A DNA stretch of 64,000 bases. Origin: the human T2T-CHM13v2.0 reference genome, Homo sapiens. Position 1 is the first letter of the stretch. Each line of letters opens with the position of its first letter. The translations under genes were made by a program, and so were the position numbers. The stretch is from NCBI RefSeq assembly GCF_009914755.1, contig NC_060938.1. The stretch is one strand, 5' to 3'. Of the stretch, positions 43,509-57,644 are shown in pieces. The notes under the pieces were generated by a model. The model saw nothing but the letters and a program-made list of their open reading frames with translations, searched no databases and was not told the origin of the DNA.

Positions 43509-44480
43509 TTAAATTTTCTTTCTAAAAGTTTGAAAATATTTATCTTCCTTGATACTTACTACTCTTTCTGCTTTCTCTCTCTCATATTGAAAGAGACTTT
43601 CTTTTAAATGATCACATTCATTCATTAGCTTCTTATTTTTCTCTTCTAGCATGTGGTCTTTCTTTCCACTCTCAATAAAGCCTCTTTGGATATTAGTTAT
43701 TATCTCTTTATGATCCTCTTTCTGATGAACATCATCTAGTTGCTGTTCAATGCACGGATTTTCATGTTGGAGTTGACATATCCTCTCTTCTACACAGCTC
43801 CACTTTCCAGTGGAATTATTCACTTTAGCTTCTGCATTTTCATACATCTCTTTCATTTCCTTTATTTGCTGCTGTGTTTGGCTTAGGTCGTTTGGAGAGT
43901 TTCTAAAGCCAATGACTTTTTTCTGAGAGTATCTCTTTTCTTACGGAACTTATCTTTTAAGGTATTGAATTTAATTTGCTTTTTAGAAAGTTGTTCAGTA
44001 AGAAACTCATTCTTATCTTCTACTTCGGAAATATCAGAACTCATTTTTACTTGTACGGAAACATCTTGTGTTCACTCTAATGCAAGTTTTACGTTTCTTT
44101 CTGTTTTCACACTTTCACTGTGCTTACTTATAGCAGCAGTCAGTCTAGACTGATGATTCAATTTCAGCTTCCAGTCTTTTGTTGCTTTCTTCTTCCTTCA
44201 ACAGTTCGGAATTGAGCCTTGTATTCTCAGCTTTGAGATCATTAAGCTCTTGTTGATACCGGAATGCTGTTTTTGTTATCAATTCCTCATTGAGTTTTAT
44301 ATACTTTTCAAGGGCAGCATTTGTTTTTTTAACAATTTTAGCGTCCTTAAGATATTTATTTTCTTTTTCCAGGTTGTCATTTTTCATTGTGCATATTTCC
44401 TGTCGGAGTATAGCAATATCTGTCTTCAAAATGCAATTTTCATCCATCAGATCTTTCATTTCTTCCTGATTATGAAAATC
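43509..44480 (-). pseudogene. ANKRD20A: ANKRD20A large coiled-coil (terminal) exon, disrupted
   Basis: DFHNQEEMKDLMDENC...; -2 frameshift ~44152, TGA at 44072-44074, -1 frameshift ~43891; internal donor GTAAGT at 43559; read-through ends VVSIKEDKYFQTFRKKI* at 43509. Confidence 0.93.
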
Positions 44481-45647
44481 CTAAATAAAACAAAAGAAAG
44501 TTTTAGCTAGTACTCAATAAAATATCATGATTACCTCTGAAGTTAAAGAATAACCTGCACATCCATATACTAAAAAGGTTACTGTAAGTGGATATCCAAC
44601 TGGAGAAAAAGTTGAAGCAAAACTTTGTACTTTATAGAGCATAAGTTCCAAAAAGTTCAGAAATTTATTTAAAGTCAATGAATTTATAAAAGTAAACACA
44701 CACACACACACGCACACCAGAGAATTTTTAAGAATTTCAGAATTGGAAAAGCCTTTCCCTGAATTACAAGAAACTCAAAAGCATAAATTAAAGCATTAAC
44801 AAATTTGACTAAATTAAAAGATATCAAAAATTGCATTTACACTTTGATATCTAACCCATACACCACCCTATAGTAAGAACCTTATTTCACACATATTTGG
44901 ACAGATAAAATTTCCCAGAGTTATTACAGTTCTGTTTCACTGATAACATTCTATTTTAATTTGACTCTTTTAACACTTTTATAGTCAGTTGAAAGAATTA
45001 CATTTACTAAATCATAAATCTAGACATTATACTAGTCACTCCTATATACATTCATTGATGAACTCATCTAGTTACCACAAATTTGAAAAAGAAATGTTAA
45101 AAATATAAGCAAGCTACAGGATTTTCCCCAGGACTTCTTACTCTACTTCTAGTTCTCTGACAGATCACAGTTACTTCTGTGGTGTAAATGTATCAATACG
45201 AAAGAAAACTTTTATTTCAAAACACCAATGGTAAATAAGATAAAATTTATAGAGCTCTTCTTAGAATATCATGAGATTATTTGTGATTGCAATAATTTGT
45301 TTCCTCTTTATAGTATTAGGTACAGTAATCAATATGAAATGGCGGGAAGTACAAGGAACAATTTTACTGGGAACAAAATCTTTATCAATAGGTTATCACT
45401 AAGTATATATTATGGCATATTATTGTTTTCAAAAGCTCTTTGTAATAAAATAATATCCTATGTGGATGCCAAGATTTATAATAAAAATAATTGTACCTGT
45501 AAGTGTCATCATTCATTTTTTAAAAATGAGATAACATTTCTGGTTTGTTTTAGACCAAAATATTATATATTAAATCAAGAGGATATTATAAGTAACATTG
45601 ATAAAATAAAGTTTAAAATATAGAATTTTTACCAAAGATTGATTTAT

Positions 45648-45827
45648 CTGATTTGGAGTATTTCTTGTAGTCTTCGGTTTCATCTCTAGTGATTCAATAG
45701 TTGGTTCAAGTTGTTTTGCTTCAACTTCTTTCTTATATTGTTTCTCTTTCCTTTCTAATTCTTCTCTATTTTTTTGTACAGCATATTAACATTTGTTTTT
45801 TCTTCACTTTCTTGTCTTAAGATGCAT
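45648..45827 (-). pseudogene. ANKRD20A: ANKRD20A-like exon, CILRQESEEKTNVNMLYKK...TRNTPNQ, with -1 frameshift and mutated donor
   Basis: ctgcag acceptor; A7 instead of A8 gives TAG at 45755-45757; exon ends CAG|ATAAAT (GT>AT). Confidence 0.9.
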
Positions 45828-46873
45828 CTGCAGACGAAGACATTTATCTTAAAATTCATTTTGTTAAAAAATAAAGAAATCATCCTGTGATCTACCTCTG
45901 CAGATGCTCTTTATCATCCTAGTAAAATTTCTATGTTCTGGATTATTTTTCCTTTGTAGTTCTCAAATATTTAATTTCTCACTTCAACATCTTCAAACGA
46001 ATGCATATACTTGAAAAGTAGTAAGGAAAGAATATTCTGCTAAAGTTTTTATTACTAGTCACTCTAGTATGTATTATACAAAAAGATACTGGAAATAATT
46101 CAGTATAGTTAGAAGTTCAAAACTACCTTTTCAAATCACACAGTCATAATTACTACCTGATTAGAAAAGGTCATTTACAATCAACTAAATTTTTAAAGTT
46201 ACTATTTATTGACAAGCGTATAAGTTCACTAGAAATAAGTTTTCATCTCTATGAAATATTGCAGGTGTCTCTCCAAATGATTTACAGAGTAAGATGTCTC
46301 TCACACAAACTGTATCTGCAGATTATTGTCATCTAAAACTAGGCTAAAGAGTCTAACATCTGTTACCCCACACTTTTTCTAATTCTTTCTTAATACTTCC
46401 AATTCACCTTCTTATTACATATATTTTATATATTTATTAAGCTATTGTTCATTATGTGTAATATATAATTAATGCCCTTAATAAGTGTGTGTATGTTTAC
46501 ACAAGTTATGTTTTCCTGTGAAATCTAGTCCCAGAAGTGGAGTTGTTGAGTTAAAGGGATGTCAGGTTATTTGAAATTTTGATAAACAGCACTAAGTTAC
46601 CCTTCAGAAGTAATTTACCAATTTCATATACCAACAGTGTATGAGAATGCCTTTTTCCTCTCATTTTCAATGGTAGGAATTACTTTTTCAATATCAGCAT
46701 GACTTTACAAAATATATCTTATTTTATGTTAATTTGCATTTTTCTGATTACCAGGCAGGGCTAAATATCCCTGGTAAAACTATAAAACTTTTTAATCATA
46801 ATGAACATTAGTCCAATTTTGAATTAGTTTATAGCACAATGACAATTATCTGCTGAGAAATACTGCTATAGGT

Positions 46874-47177
<304 letters not shown>

Positions 47178-47197
47178 CCTGCTATAGGCTTACTTAC

Positions 47198-47361
47198 CTA
47201 TCATGCTCTTCCTTCAGTTTCTTGGGAAATTGCTGAGGATACGTTTTCCCAATCTTTCTTTCTTTGGTTAATCTGTCAGCAGCAGCAGAAGATGTACTAT
47301 GACATACATTTTCTGATAGTTGTATTTTTTCACTTTTGTTTGTATTATTTCCTTCTTTGAC
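47198..47361 (-). pseudogene. ANKRD20A: ANKRD20A-like exon (164 bp), VKEGNNTNKSEKIQLSEN...KKLKEEHDR; open
   Basis: attaaag|GTCAAA...GATAG|gtaagt; 54 codons + 2 nt, no stop. Confidence 0.93.
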
Positions 47362-49106
47362 CTTTAATAAAAGTAATATGAATAATAATTATTATTTTAT
47401 TCAATAAAAAAAAACTTTTTCCCTGATTTTTTAACTTGATTCAGGTTAACTATCGCCATTTTAATGATAAAAGTATTTTGTGCTTACTTTAATTTTATCA
47501 TTATACATAATAATTATAAGATACTCATCATTTTATCATTGAAATTTTTGTCAAGTCTGCTCATTTCTGTTTGAGTGAATGGAAGAATTTTCCAAAATTT
47601 CAAAAAGGACTCTTCTCCATTTTGTGCTTTTATTCGCATCCACTCTTTGCTATCTGATATAAATGTTTATGCTAGTTGACTGGCAGAAACAGAGAAATAA
47701 AAAGACACAGGCATAACATATATCTTCTGTCATTGCCACATGGATTTTACATGAAATAGCCAGATTAAGAGGATGTAACCTTGTAGGCCTTCAAGAACAG
47801 TAAAGAAGTTTTCCCTTTTCTGCACTGAGCTATTCTTTTCCCCACTGCCTTTTATCTCTTTTTTTTTTTTTTGAATCCTGGGATATCAAAAAAGTGAAAG
47901 TTCTCCCTGAACTATGGGAACCAATGTTTGTTTGCCACAACACAAGAAGCAGAGTGAAACTGCTGAGTTTCTAGTGCAGAATTCTGGAAAACGAGATGCT
48001 TCCCAGATTTCACTTTCAATTACCACAAATGTTTATAGGTGGAACACATATGGTACAGTTATCTACTTAAGCCATATTATCTACTGAAAACGGGAGTCAA
48101 ACCAACCAAGACATATGAAATGTTTCATCCAGAGCTCTTGAGGCGGCATTCCCTAGCATTTCATGGCACCAAATAACATGATACAATTCCATGTTGCTGA
48201 ATTACATAAATTACCAGATAAATTTATCAAATTAGTCAGATATATTAAAAGTCTAACTTGAGCAAAGCAATTTAACACCTCAGAGGGTGGAAAAAGGCCT
48301 CATCTACTTTTACTTTGAAAGAAGAAAATCTCTAGATTTTTGTCTATCTTTAGAACACAGTGTACAGAACTCAACTTTCTACTAAAGAGTCAAAGGTTAA
48401 ATTTTTAACTAAGAAATTATGCTTCTTACATGATAAAAATCATACATGCCAAAACTTACCATACTTTATTAAACAACATAATGTAAGGTCTGATTCAACA
48501 GAAATATTGGAGTGGTGATTTTTTAAAATATGTGGAAGTATATATTTGTTTTCAAAATATTAGAAATAACCATGATGGAACTATAAATTCAAACAGTTTG
48601 AGCTAAGCAGATAAACTTGCATGCATGAAAACACATTAAACAGACTCATTTGGCTGGGAATATTCATTGCAACTCTCAAGGCTAGAAGTGTTTTTGTGGC
48701 TCATCTCAGTCATTGCTTCCCTCCCATTGTATTCCCATTCTATCATTAAATAAATGTAATTCATCTCTAAATGACTATAGTAAAAAGAATCTAGAATCTA
48801 AAACTTATTTCTTTAGCAATTTCTTTATGTTGATCTGGTTCAGAAGTTCACATGGTATATGGCTGAATTAGTTTCCCAGCTCATATGCCACTTGGAAGAC
48901 TGAGAGTGAGAATTAGGTTGATTAATGAACAAACATTATGAGAACATTCTCCAGAACCGTTGTTTAGATAGCAGGACTAGTCTACTTTGACACATAATTA
49001 CACATTTAGAAAACCCCGCTGTAACTGTATACATGGGATTTTCTTGAATAGAAAATTTGACTAAATCAAATAATTGATAAAGAGAAAAAAGAAGCAGCAA
49101 GTGAAC

Positions 49107-50209
49107 CTCTGTCTTTTTGAAGTTGGACTTTCTCTTTCTCCAAAGCCAGGAACTCTACTTGTAACATGCCTACCTCATTCTTTTTACTATTATTATACTT
49201 TAAATTCTGGTACATGTGCACAATGTGCAGGTTTGTTACATATGTATACATGTGCTATGTTAGTGACCTTGAAATATCTTGCTGTAAGTTTCTAGCTATA
49301 TTTTTGATGTTCTCTCACTATGTGGCAAAGAATAACCCGGATTTTATAATTCAAGATTCATGGTTTTGTAGTTATTAACACTGGGATTGTCATTCAGTGG
49401 ATTCTGGAATAAGCATTGTGTTGGTTTTCTGTTTTTATAAGTATCTGTAGCAGCAGAAATACTGTGGCTTTCTATCTGAATCATATGCTTCATTTCTTTG
49501 GGGTGGGTAAACCACAAATCAAAAAGACTTTCTGGATCTATAGACTGAGACTAATGCCTAATGTCTAATTTCCAATTAGTGGTATTTGGGTTTATATATT
49601 TTTCCATTTGCATGTCAAACTCTTAATCATCTTTCATTTCAATCATAATTACTGGGTTCCTTACTTTCTCAGTTTCTATATCATAACAAAAATTTTCATC
49701 ATCTGTGTTAGAAACAAGCTGTGTGTCTGGTTTGTTATCATTTTTATAGTCTGATTTATTTTAATTTAAATGAAGCTTAGAAGATGACTGGTAAGTGTAT
49801 TTCAGGGACCTGGAGTGTGAATGGAATAAAAAGACATTTGACATGGGCTTCCTCTGTTCAGGCGCTGCCTGGACTGCCACAGAGCTAGACCCTCCAGATA
49901 CATTTTTCTCCTCACAATCAGGGACATGATTCATCAGACTAGAGGGCACTCCTTTTTTGTTCATCCCTCTTTAGAGTTACCATGTAGGAGCTCTTCCTCA
50001 GGCCAAGCAGTAATTTTGGAGTTTTCAGAACTTTTACCAATATTCAGCTTGAACTTGTTTGTAATGAATTTTAAAGAAAGTCATGAATATATAGATTGAT
50101 TCCCCTTATCACTGTTCTTACCCAGTTCTGATTCTTGAGACTTTTTTTGGTGGAGGGCAGGTGCAAAATGGAAAACAAATTTGCTTGTTTTGTTTCTCAG
50201 ATGTCTTTT
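49107..50209 (-). pseudogene. Decayed large CCDC144/ANKRD26-type exon (multiple stops, L1 stub inside)
   Basis: Fragments KSQESELGK, KITAWPEEELL, HVPDCEEKNVSGG, SSSKLHLN, KVRNPVIMIEMK, KNEVGMLQVEFLALEKEKVQLQK resemble the recalled CCDC144A large exon; not part of the ANKRD20A protein as I recall it. Confidence 0.75.
49181..49265 (-). mobile_element. 85-bp L1PA extreme 3' stub
   Basis: ttattatactttaa..tacatgtgcacaatgtgcaggtttgttacatatgtatacatgtgc. Confidence 0.9.
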
Positions 50210-51411
50210 CTGTCAGAGTGCATGTTTTAAAATTAGCTTTAATCAAGTATAAACAAAGAAATATTAGAAAATAATTAAAATTTAACTGTGAAACTTAATC
50301 TATGTGTTGCTACTCTTAAATTATGGGATTGTAACTAAAAAGTGAAAAATAATTTACCTTGGCTTAACATAGGACAGAAACATGAACCAGCAAGCTGAAC
50401 TCTCAGTGTCTGTTTGGACTAAACTTAATGCATTTGTGTAAAATCTACCAGAAATGAATTCAAAGATGATAGGTAGTATTATAAAAGCTTCCTCTCTTAC
50501 AAAGACTTTACCTCAGCATACCAGAAAGAGTGAGCCCCTACAGTGCATGTTTATTTCTGAAGATTAACTAGAGCACTAGGCAAACACTAAATTATTAAGA
50601 GCTAAACTGAACACCAATAAGAAAGAGAAGCAAAATTTTAAATTCTAATTCAAATGATATACTATGATAGTGTTATGTATCTAGATAGAATTTCTGCTTA
50701 TATCCGCTTCTAATATATTTTAAGTTCCGGTAGTGATAGGGTTTGGATTTTTTAAATTTTAGTAATGTTTACTATGTATTTATGTTGAAATAAAGTTATT
50801 GTTCACACCCTGACACCAAAGATCCCATTCTGCAAGGTAGGATTCTCTTAATAGGCAACTGCATTGACTTTTATGACCCCATTCACTCCCTGAACACAGA
50901 CACAGAAGTCAACTGGTGACCACAAAACAGAATAAATCTTTAACCTCGGCACTGGTGACCAGCAATATAAAACTGCAACATTTGAAGCACTGGCAATGAT
51001 GACTCCTTTAACACTAGTTTAACTCAGTGGCCATTGTTGTTAAACTGTTCATAATTTCTATTCCTCAGTAATATGACCCAATACTTCATGTTACCTTGTG
51101 TATTATGAGTAAGGTTATATAAATAAAACAGCAAGATAATTCTGAAAATTTCTTGCCTCAATTCCAAGGGTAAAGACAGCTATGAGTTACTAGAGATACT
51201 AAGAATTACTAGAATAACTAATAGTTACTAGAGATAGTAAGAATATCTTAAGTTTCATAACTGGTTAAGATGTTTTAAAAATTACATATAAAATTATGAT
51301 CTATTGGGTTCTAAAGGTATAGTCTGAAAGGTCATGTCATTTGGACTATGCTTTGTTAGTAAAGCAAAAAAAAAAACCTAATATTAAACAAGAACTTAAA
51401 TTTTCATATAC

Positions 51412-51482
51412 CTGTGATTGCTTCTTTTCACTTCTTTCACACCTTTCTTGCTCTTCCTCTAAAGCCACTGGTAAGGTTTGTT
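51412..51482 (-). pseudogene. ANKRD20A: ANKRD20A-like exon (71 bp), EQTLPVALEEEQERCERSEKKQSQ; open
   Basis: gtcaacag|AACAAA...CACAG|gtatat. Confidence 0.92.
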
Positions 51483-51994
51483 CTGTTGACAAATTCATTG
51501 ATTTAGTTCAAATGAACTAAGAAGAGTTAAAGACTATAATCTTTATAAAAATAAATAGAGAATAACATTTCTTTGTATTTTATATTTTGAGAGTTTGAAT
51601 GAAACAATGTTTACTGAAATATTTACTTCTGTAAGAAATACTTCTAATTATCCAAAACTTCAACAAACCACTTGGGGAGACACCAGATATCACCAGATTC
51701 AAGCCATGCAAAATCTCAGGGTCACTCACAAATTGTTCCACCCAACATAAGTCAACAAAACTGTTAGAAACAAAACAGAAATTTGAAATACAGTCAAAAT
51801 ATACAATGTAATGCTTTACTATACTTCATAACAGTATCTTTTTAACAAGACACTAATTGAGTTGGCAGTTACTAATAATTTGCAAAATTATTGTTCTTTA
51901 TACCTCAATTAGTGTGCACCCCATTTTTTACATCACAAATGTTTTCCCCTGCTATTCTGAAAAATTTATTTTCATCTTTTAAGACTCAGAAAGT

Positions 51995-52289
51995 AGGCTG
52001 GGCATAATAGCTCACATCTGTAATCCCAGCACTTTGGAAGGCCAAAATGGGAGAATTGCTCAAGGCCAAGAGTTTAAGACCAGCCTGGGAACCATAGGTA
52101 ACCTTGACTCTACAAAAAATTAGACAGGTATGGTGATATGTTCCTGTTGTCCCCGCTACTCAAGAAGCTTAGATGAGAAGATCCCTCGAGCCCAGGAGTC
52201 TGAGGTTTCAGTGAGTCTCAATCATGTCATTGCACTCCAATCCTGGGTGATAGAGTAAGAACTTGTCTCCAAAAAGAGGAAAAAAAAAA
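51995..52289 (+). mobile_element. Alu (J-like)
   Basis: Alu consensus. Confidence 0.88.
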
Positions 52290-52836
52290 GGCTCAGAATG
52301 CTTTGTGAAATCTTCCTTGATTCTAGCTATCTTTCTCCACACACACAGGTGTCTGCTTCGTTGGGGTCCCTTAGTACCTTGTCAATTTTTCTAGTGTCAC
52401 TTTACCACCTGACCTGCACATCATGTCTTTACATGTTGACCCCTTTGCTGCTAGACTGTAGAGGACAATCTTTTGAATCATCTTTGTATAAACAGTCTTA
52501 ATTTTGCTAAATAATTACTTATTGAGTTCCTGCTAAGTGTTAGGCACTGGGGAATAAGGAAGGAAAATAGAAGCTGTCGGGGATGGCTTTCCTAAAGATC
52601 ATCCATGAGCTGAGACTTAAAGAGTGAGGTTAGCCAGATTAAGCGAGGCAGAGGGCAGGAAAGGGTGAGCACATGCCAGGCAGCAACAAGAGAAGACAAG
52701 AAGCCTCCAAGAGAGTATGTATTTCTCTGCAGAAGAGGAATGGTGAGGGGGCCATTACCAGCAGCTCGGTAATTCCAGAGAAAAAGGCAGATGGGGAAAG
52801 GGATACAGATGGAGATTTGGGCAGAAATCAGTTTCC

Positions 52837-53133
52837 TTTTCTTTTCTTTTTTGGGACAAGGTTATACTCTGTCTCCCAGACTGGAGGGCAGTGGCATGAT
52901 CTCAGCTTACTGCAACCCGGCCTCCCAGGTTCAAGTAATTCTCCTGCCTCAGCCTCCTGAGTAGCTGAGATTACAGGTGCGTGCCACTACCACCTGCTAA
53001 TTTTTGTATTTTATTAGAGATGGGGTTTCACCTTGTTGGCCAGGCTGGTCTTGAACTCCTGACCTCAAATGATCCACTTGCCTCAGCCTCCCAAAGTGCT
53101 GGGATCACAGACATGAGCCACCGTGCCCTACCC
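52837..53133 (-). mobile_element. Alu (S-like)
   Basis: Alu consensus; agaa[a/g]tcagtttc flanks. Confidence 0.93.
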
Positions 53134-53399
53134 AGAAGTCAGTTTCTGAAATCCTTATATAAACCTTTAAGATGCTTGGACATTAGGTATTCAGGACCGG
53201 TTCACGGATCTATTTGCATTAGGGATAATTCACTCTAAATACTATGAGGAGCATAAAATTCTGAGGCATATAAATCAATGAACAAAGATAAAATATAAGG
53301 CAATGTTGCAAAGATGATGCAGGCCTGAGGAGATGTTTTCAGAAATATTTAGGATATAGGTATCAGTGGCCATTATAAGAATGAATTTCTATTGAATAA

Positions 53400-53913
<514 letters not shown>

Positions 53914-55661
53914 TAAAAGTTCTGTTTCCTGGATCTACCAAGCTCATGAGAAAATAGAGCAAACAAGTCATTTGCATAGGTAAGAAACTTTGGATTTATA
54001 GCTTGTCCTCACTACTCTAGAAGATTATCATCATGTTTTGCAAAGCAAAATGTTAAACACAGACACAAGGGGAAAAAGAAATTAAAACTATAGGGGTGGG
54101 TGAAAAAATATTGCATAATTTATTACTGTTGACCTCATCATATGACTGATTAAGGGCACTGAATTTAACTTGGATGTGAAGTAGACCTCATATTAGCTGC
54201 AGTTAATCAGTAGACCAGGCGTCCTAGCAGAATTAAATTTGATGCTCCTGTGTTATCTTTAAATGACACAGCTTTTCTGAAAACCCTTACTCATAGCGCA
54301 TGATTATCCATTAAGAAAAGGTGATGGAATATGTGAATACAGCGGAGGAGACACCACAAGGCAAATGCTCAGTGGTTCCCATTAATATTGGGAAAATCAA
54401 CACTATAAAACAGAAAGCCATAGACATTATTTAATATTTGGTTTTGGGAGGTATTTTTAGTGACACTGCATACAGTTGTACCTAATAATTGCTAAATTAG
54501 AGACGTAAAAGTAAAACAAAGGCACATTGTGTTTGAGTAGGAAATCTATAGACATCTAGCTGGTTTTCCCATCCAGCCACAAAATTCTAAATATAATCAT
54601 GGAACCTGCACTCAAATTTATGTTAAATACCAACCTCAATGAAATCACTCTTTCTTCTCATTCTCTTTGTTATTTATATGTTGCTTTCCTTAAGGGAAGA
54701 ATACAAATGCCTTGCTAAGAACCATTCTGTTTGGTTGTAGGCTGCATAAGGGGAGTGAACACAAAGTACATTTGACCACAAAATGACTCTTTAAAAGTCA
54801 GAACTACGGTAGCATGAAGCCAAACGAGGTAATCTACAATAAAATTTTCTATGCTTCTTTTCCTTCTTTGCTCTCTTTCTACTCTAATAACTGCGATTCA
54901 CACAGGTAATGAAGAGTGTAATTCCTTGATAGAAACACAGCTCCAAGATTAATCCTTTCTTTAACTATGAAGTTCGCGTGTCCAAAATCTGTGGTAGTTG
55001 CTGTCTGATTTTTGATCACTGATGGTGATACAGATATTTATCATCAACTCACAACTTCCCAAATCTTTGAAAAGTCTTACTATTGGTGGTTCAACTAGTA
55101 GAAACATGATGTAAAATATCTGAAAATAAAGTTTTTATTTATTAGAATGTAAATAATAATACAAATTGTAATAAGGTGTAAAAGTTCTTTCTTCACTGAA
55201 GCAGTACCATGTTGTCCTCTACCCCACAAATGCACTACTCCCCCGTGGTCTAATGTATTTTAAAAGTCTTGTAATTGCTATTAACTCAGACAAGTTTACT
55301 TAACTTGTTCTAAGCTTCTGGTATTTACTACAGTTTACTTTCAATCACTCAACCATCTCTGTTATATATGTTGTTTTCCATGAGAAATTTGTTTATTAGT
55401 AATTAAGATTCTTCAGGGATAAGAAAATATTTGAATAACTAAGTTTGTGCATAAACACATTAAGGTCAAATACCCATGACATTATTGTGTGTTTCTGTGT
55501 ACTAGAGACAAAAACTTCAAAAAAAATTTAATGAATATACGTTAAATTAAAAACTGCTTTCATTAAACTGAGATAATCTTCCCTCAATGCATGAATACCT
55601 TCAGAATTCACATAGACCAAAGAATTGTATAAAATATAATAGCCTTAAAAATCTTATTTGT

Positions 55662-55968
55662 AGCTAGCACAGTGGCTCCCACCTGTAATCCCAGCACATT
55701 GGCAAGCCGAGGTGGGCAGATCACCTGAGGTCAGGAGTTCAAGAGCAGCCTGGCCAAACTGGTGAAACCCCATCTCTACTAAAAATAGAAAAATTAGCAG
55801 GGTATGGTAGCACGTGCATGTAGTATCAGCTACTCGAGGGGCTGAGGCAGGAGAATTGCTTGAACCCGAGAGGCAGAGGTGGTAATGAGCCAAGACTGAG
55901 CCACTGAACTCCAGCCTTGGTGACAGAGCAAGACTCTGCCTCAAAAACACAAACAAACAAACAAAAAA
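55662..55968 (+). mobile_element. Alu (S-like)
   Basis: Alu consensus. Confidence 0.93.
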
Positions 55969-57451
55969 CCTAATTGTTCCCATATAAGTCTATGTTCATA
56001 CAAGATCTGAAGAGTACACAACACCGTGAGACAGGACAGACATATATTTTAAAAGTTATATTCCTGGTTTCTGTAAAAATAAAATAGTTGAATTTAAGCT
56101 TTCAAGACAAGTCAACGAAAAGAGCAAAAAATGCAAAAGTGAAACTCGAAAGGTCATTTCCCCATCAAGGGCTCATGATCACTGGACATTCACAAACTAT
56201 ACTGTTCAAAACATTAGATCTGAATTTTGATCCGAGTATCCCTTTAGTAGCAGTTTCATTCAAGGATGTCCAAGAGGTAAAATAAGACAATATCATTTGC
56301 TATTTTCAGTTTTCTTTTCTGAGAACAGCTCAGCATTCTTCTTCAGAGAAATGAATTGTCCTAACTTCATAGGCTAAAGGCTCATGAGTCATAGTTCTAA
56401 GGACATTAATAAAATATGGTGGTGCATGCTTGTATTCTGAACTTTTCAGGTTTAAACTCTCATATAGTAAATGCTAATAGATACAAACCGATTAAAGAAA
56501 AGCCCTCTTAATCTGACATTATTTTTCTTTTTATTTCTTCATTTATCAGCAACAGGAGAGTCTAACTAAATGTGGTAAAGTGGTATGAGGGAATACAATG
56601 AACAGTGTAAAATGAATTAAACCAGAGATAATCACACCAATGTGGGTACAAGTGGAAAGTATAATACAAAACACACCAAAGAAAGTGGCAGAAAGGTATA
56701 TAAACTGTATAACCACTCACATACCATTTTAGGACCCAAAAAATTCTGCATATTATTTCTGAGCATCACAATGTAGTTAAAGATTTCAAAAGGGCATTGA
56801 AATGAAAAACAACCAACTTATGATGTTGGTAGCCTCTATGCAATCATGTTTTAAAAACTTTAACACCAAAAAGGCTCAAAATCACCATTTTAAAAGGCTG
56901 TGTCTACCAGTCATAAATGAATCATTACTTTCATCATTTGTAGTAGTCAAAGATGCCACAAGCGCACGCATACACACATCTATATATACACCTACACACA
57001 CAGTCTTACTCATTAGAACATCTGATAGGCTTCAGATCATCAGTGTAATAACACTAGCAGCAAGCCTCTGAAGTTAAAACAGAAACTGACACTTTAATAA
57101 GTAAAGCTTTCCTCTAGGTAAAGATCAGAACTCCAACTAGCACTTAACTCACTGGAAATATCTTAAGAGTCTCAAAATTCACTGCTTTGAATCCCTGACA
57201 AGTATAAAAATTTTATACTGAAAACTTCATGCTATTCAAAACATTAAAACAGAAACATCTGACCTAAAGCTTACATTTTTAAAATCTTTTTTATGCTTCT
57301 AAATTTGTTTTTATTCAAATATGGATACCAACAATAACATTTATGTCAAAGCCTTCTGTTCAATATTGAACAAATAGAATTAGGAATAAGAATAATATGA
57401 GTACATCCAATCATTGAATGTACTTTATTTCCAGTATTCCATTAAATGTAC

Positions 57452-57524
57452 CTGCTCTCAATGTCTGTACATTCTTTCTTTGTACTGCTCCTTTCACAGC
57501 AGGATCTTCCACTTCAGTGCTAGG
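57452..57524 (-). pseudogene. ANKRD20A: ANKRD20A-like exon (73 bp), PSTEVEDPAVKGAVQRKNVQTLRA; open
   Basis: attcag|CCTAGC...AGCAG|gtacat. Confidence 0.93.
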
Positions 57525-57615
57525 CTGAATGGGTTTTAAAAGAAAACGATTCATAAATCATATATATTTTATACAACATGGAGTTAGTGATTCAAAAATA
57601 TACATAATTAATTAC

Positions 57616-57644
57616 CTTCAAGGAAGGATGTTTTGCAGGAGGCC
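57616..57644 (-). pseudogene. ANKRD20A: ANKRD20A-like exon (29 bp), GPPAKHPSLK; open
   Basis: ttgtag|GGCCTCC...TTGAAG|gtaatt; phase matches neighbours. Confidence 0.92.

Noticed and set aside
43509-44459. Two separate CDSs of 104 and 115 aa
   Set aside because: Pieces of one disrupted ANKRD20A exon.
45228-45623. 131-aa plus-strand ORF
   Set aside because: AT-rich intronic sequence antisense to the gene; no recognisable protein features.
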